The notes below the pieces were generated by a model. That model was not told the DNA's origin. It saw only the letters and a list, made by a program, of their open reading frames with translations, and made no database searches. Below, piece by piece: positions 63,780 through 64,000 of a DNA stretch of 64,000 bases; the stretch's first letter is position 1, and the number at the start of each line of letters is the position of its first letter. The DNA comes from the human T2T-CHM13v2.0 reference genome, Homo sapiens. The stretch lies in NCBI RefSeq assembly GCF_009914755.1, contig NC_060932.1; one strand, written 5' to 3'. Position numbers and translations under genes: made by a program.

Positions 63780-64000
63780 TGTGGGAGGCCAGAATATTCA
63801 CCCCAAAATATGTAGGATTGTTGAGCTGAAGGCAGTCAAGAAGCAGATGCAGTAAAGTTTTCCCTCTCTCTATCTGCCCAAAAGCAGGACACAGATTTAC
63901 AAAGACAAATGATATTCTGCACTTTCTCTACCAAAGAGAACAGAAGTTGACTAGGGAAGACATTAGGCCCTCATCAGTCTGGAGGTGATACTAGAGGAAT
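63780..64000 (+). mobile_element. MER34/MER39-family LTR, cut by the window edge
   Basis: TGTGGGAGGCCAGAATAT.CACCCCAAAATATG...TTGAGCTGAAGGCA. Confidence 0.75.

Overview
This is primate (very likely human) AT-rich, repeat-dense genomic DNA, intergenic or intronic, and most of it is transposon-derived. It contains the 5' LTR and tRNA-Arg primer-binding site of an ERV9 provirus running off the left edge. L1s of several ages are present: L1PA15/16, L1PA13-like, a twin-primed 5'-inverted L1PA3, a ~6.2 kb L1PB1, an L1PA5 and old L1M copies. There are also about nine Alus, several solo LTRs (MaLR, MLT2, MER31, MER34, MER50, LTR16-type) and ancient L2, MIR, CR1 and hAT fossils. I found no supportable host protein-coding gene, RNA gene or CRISPR array, and nearly all listed ORFs are L1/Alu/LTR debris. 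I cannot support a new multi-gene system. The best leads are: (1) a ~400 bp non-repeat polyadenylated insert inside an AluY linker; (2) a twin-priming junction that gives the L1 RT a new Kozak ATG; (3) a ~125 bp local templated duplication later split by an L1; (4) an L1 5'-terminus fragment bridging a 1.3 kb ORF2 gap; (5) a 298-codon antisense frame in an L1PB 5'UTR; (6) a cluster of minus-strand splice donors next to a purine/pyrimidine microsatellite. Subfamily names come from recalled consensus sequences, not a database run, and boundaries of old repeats are approximate.
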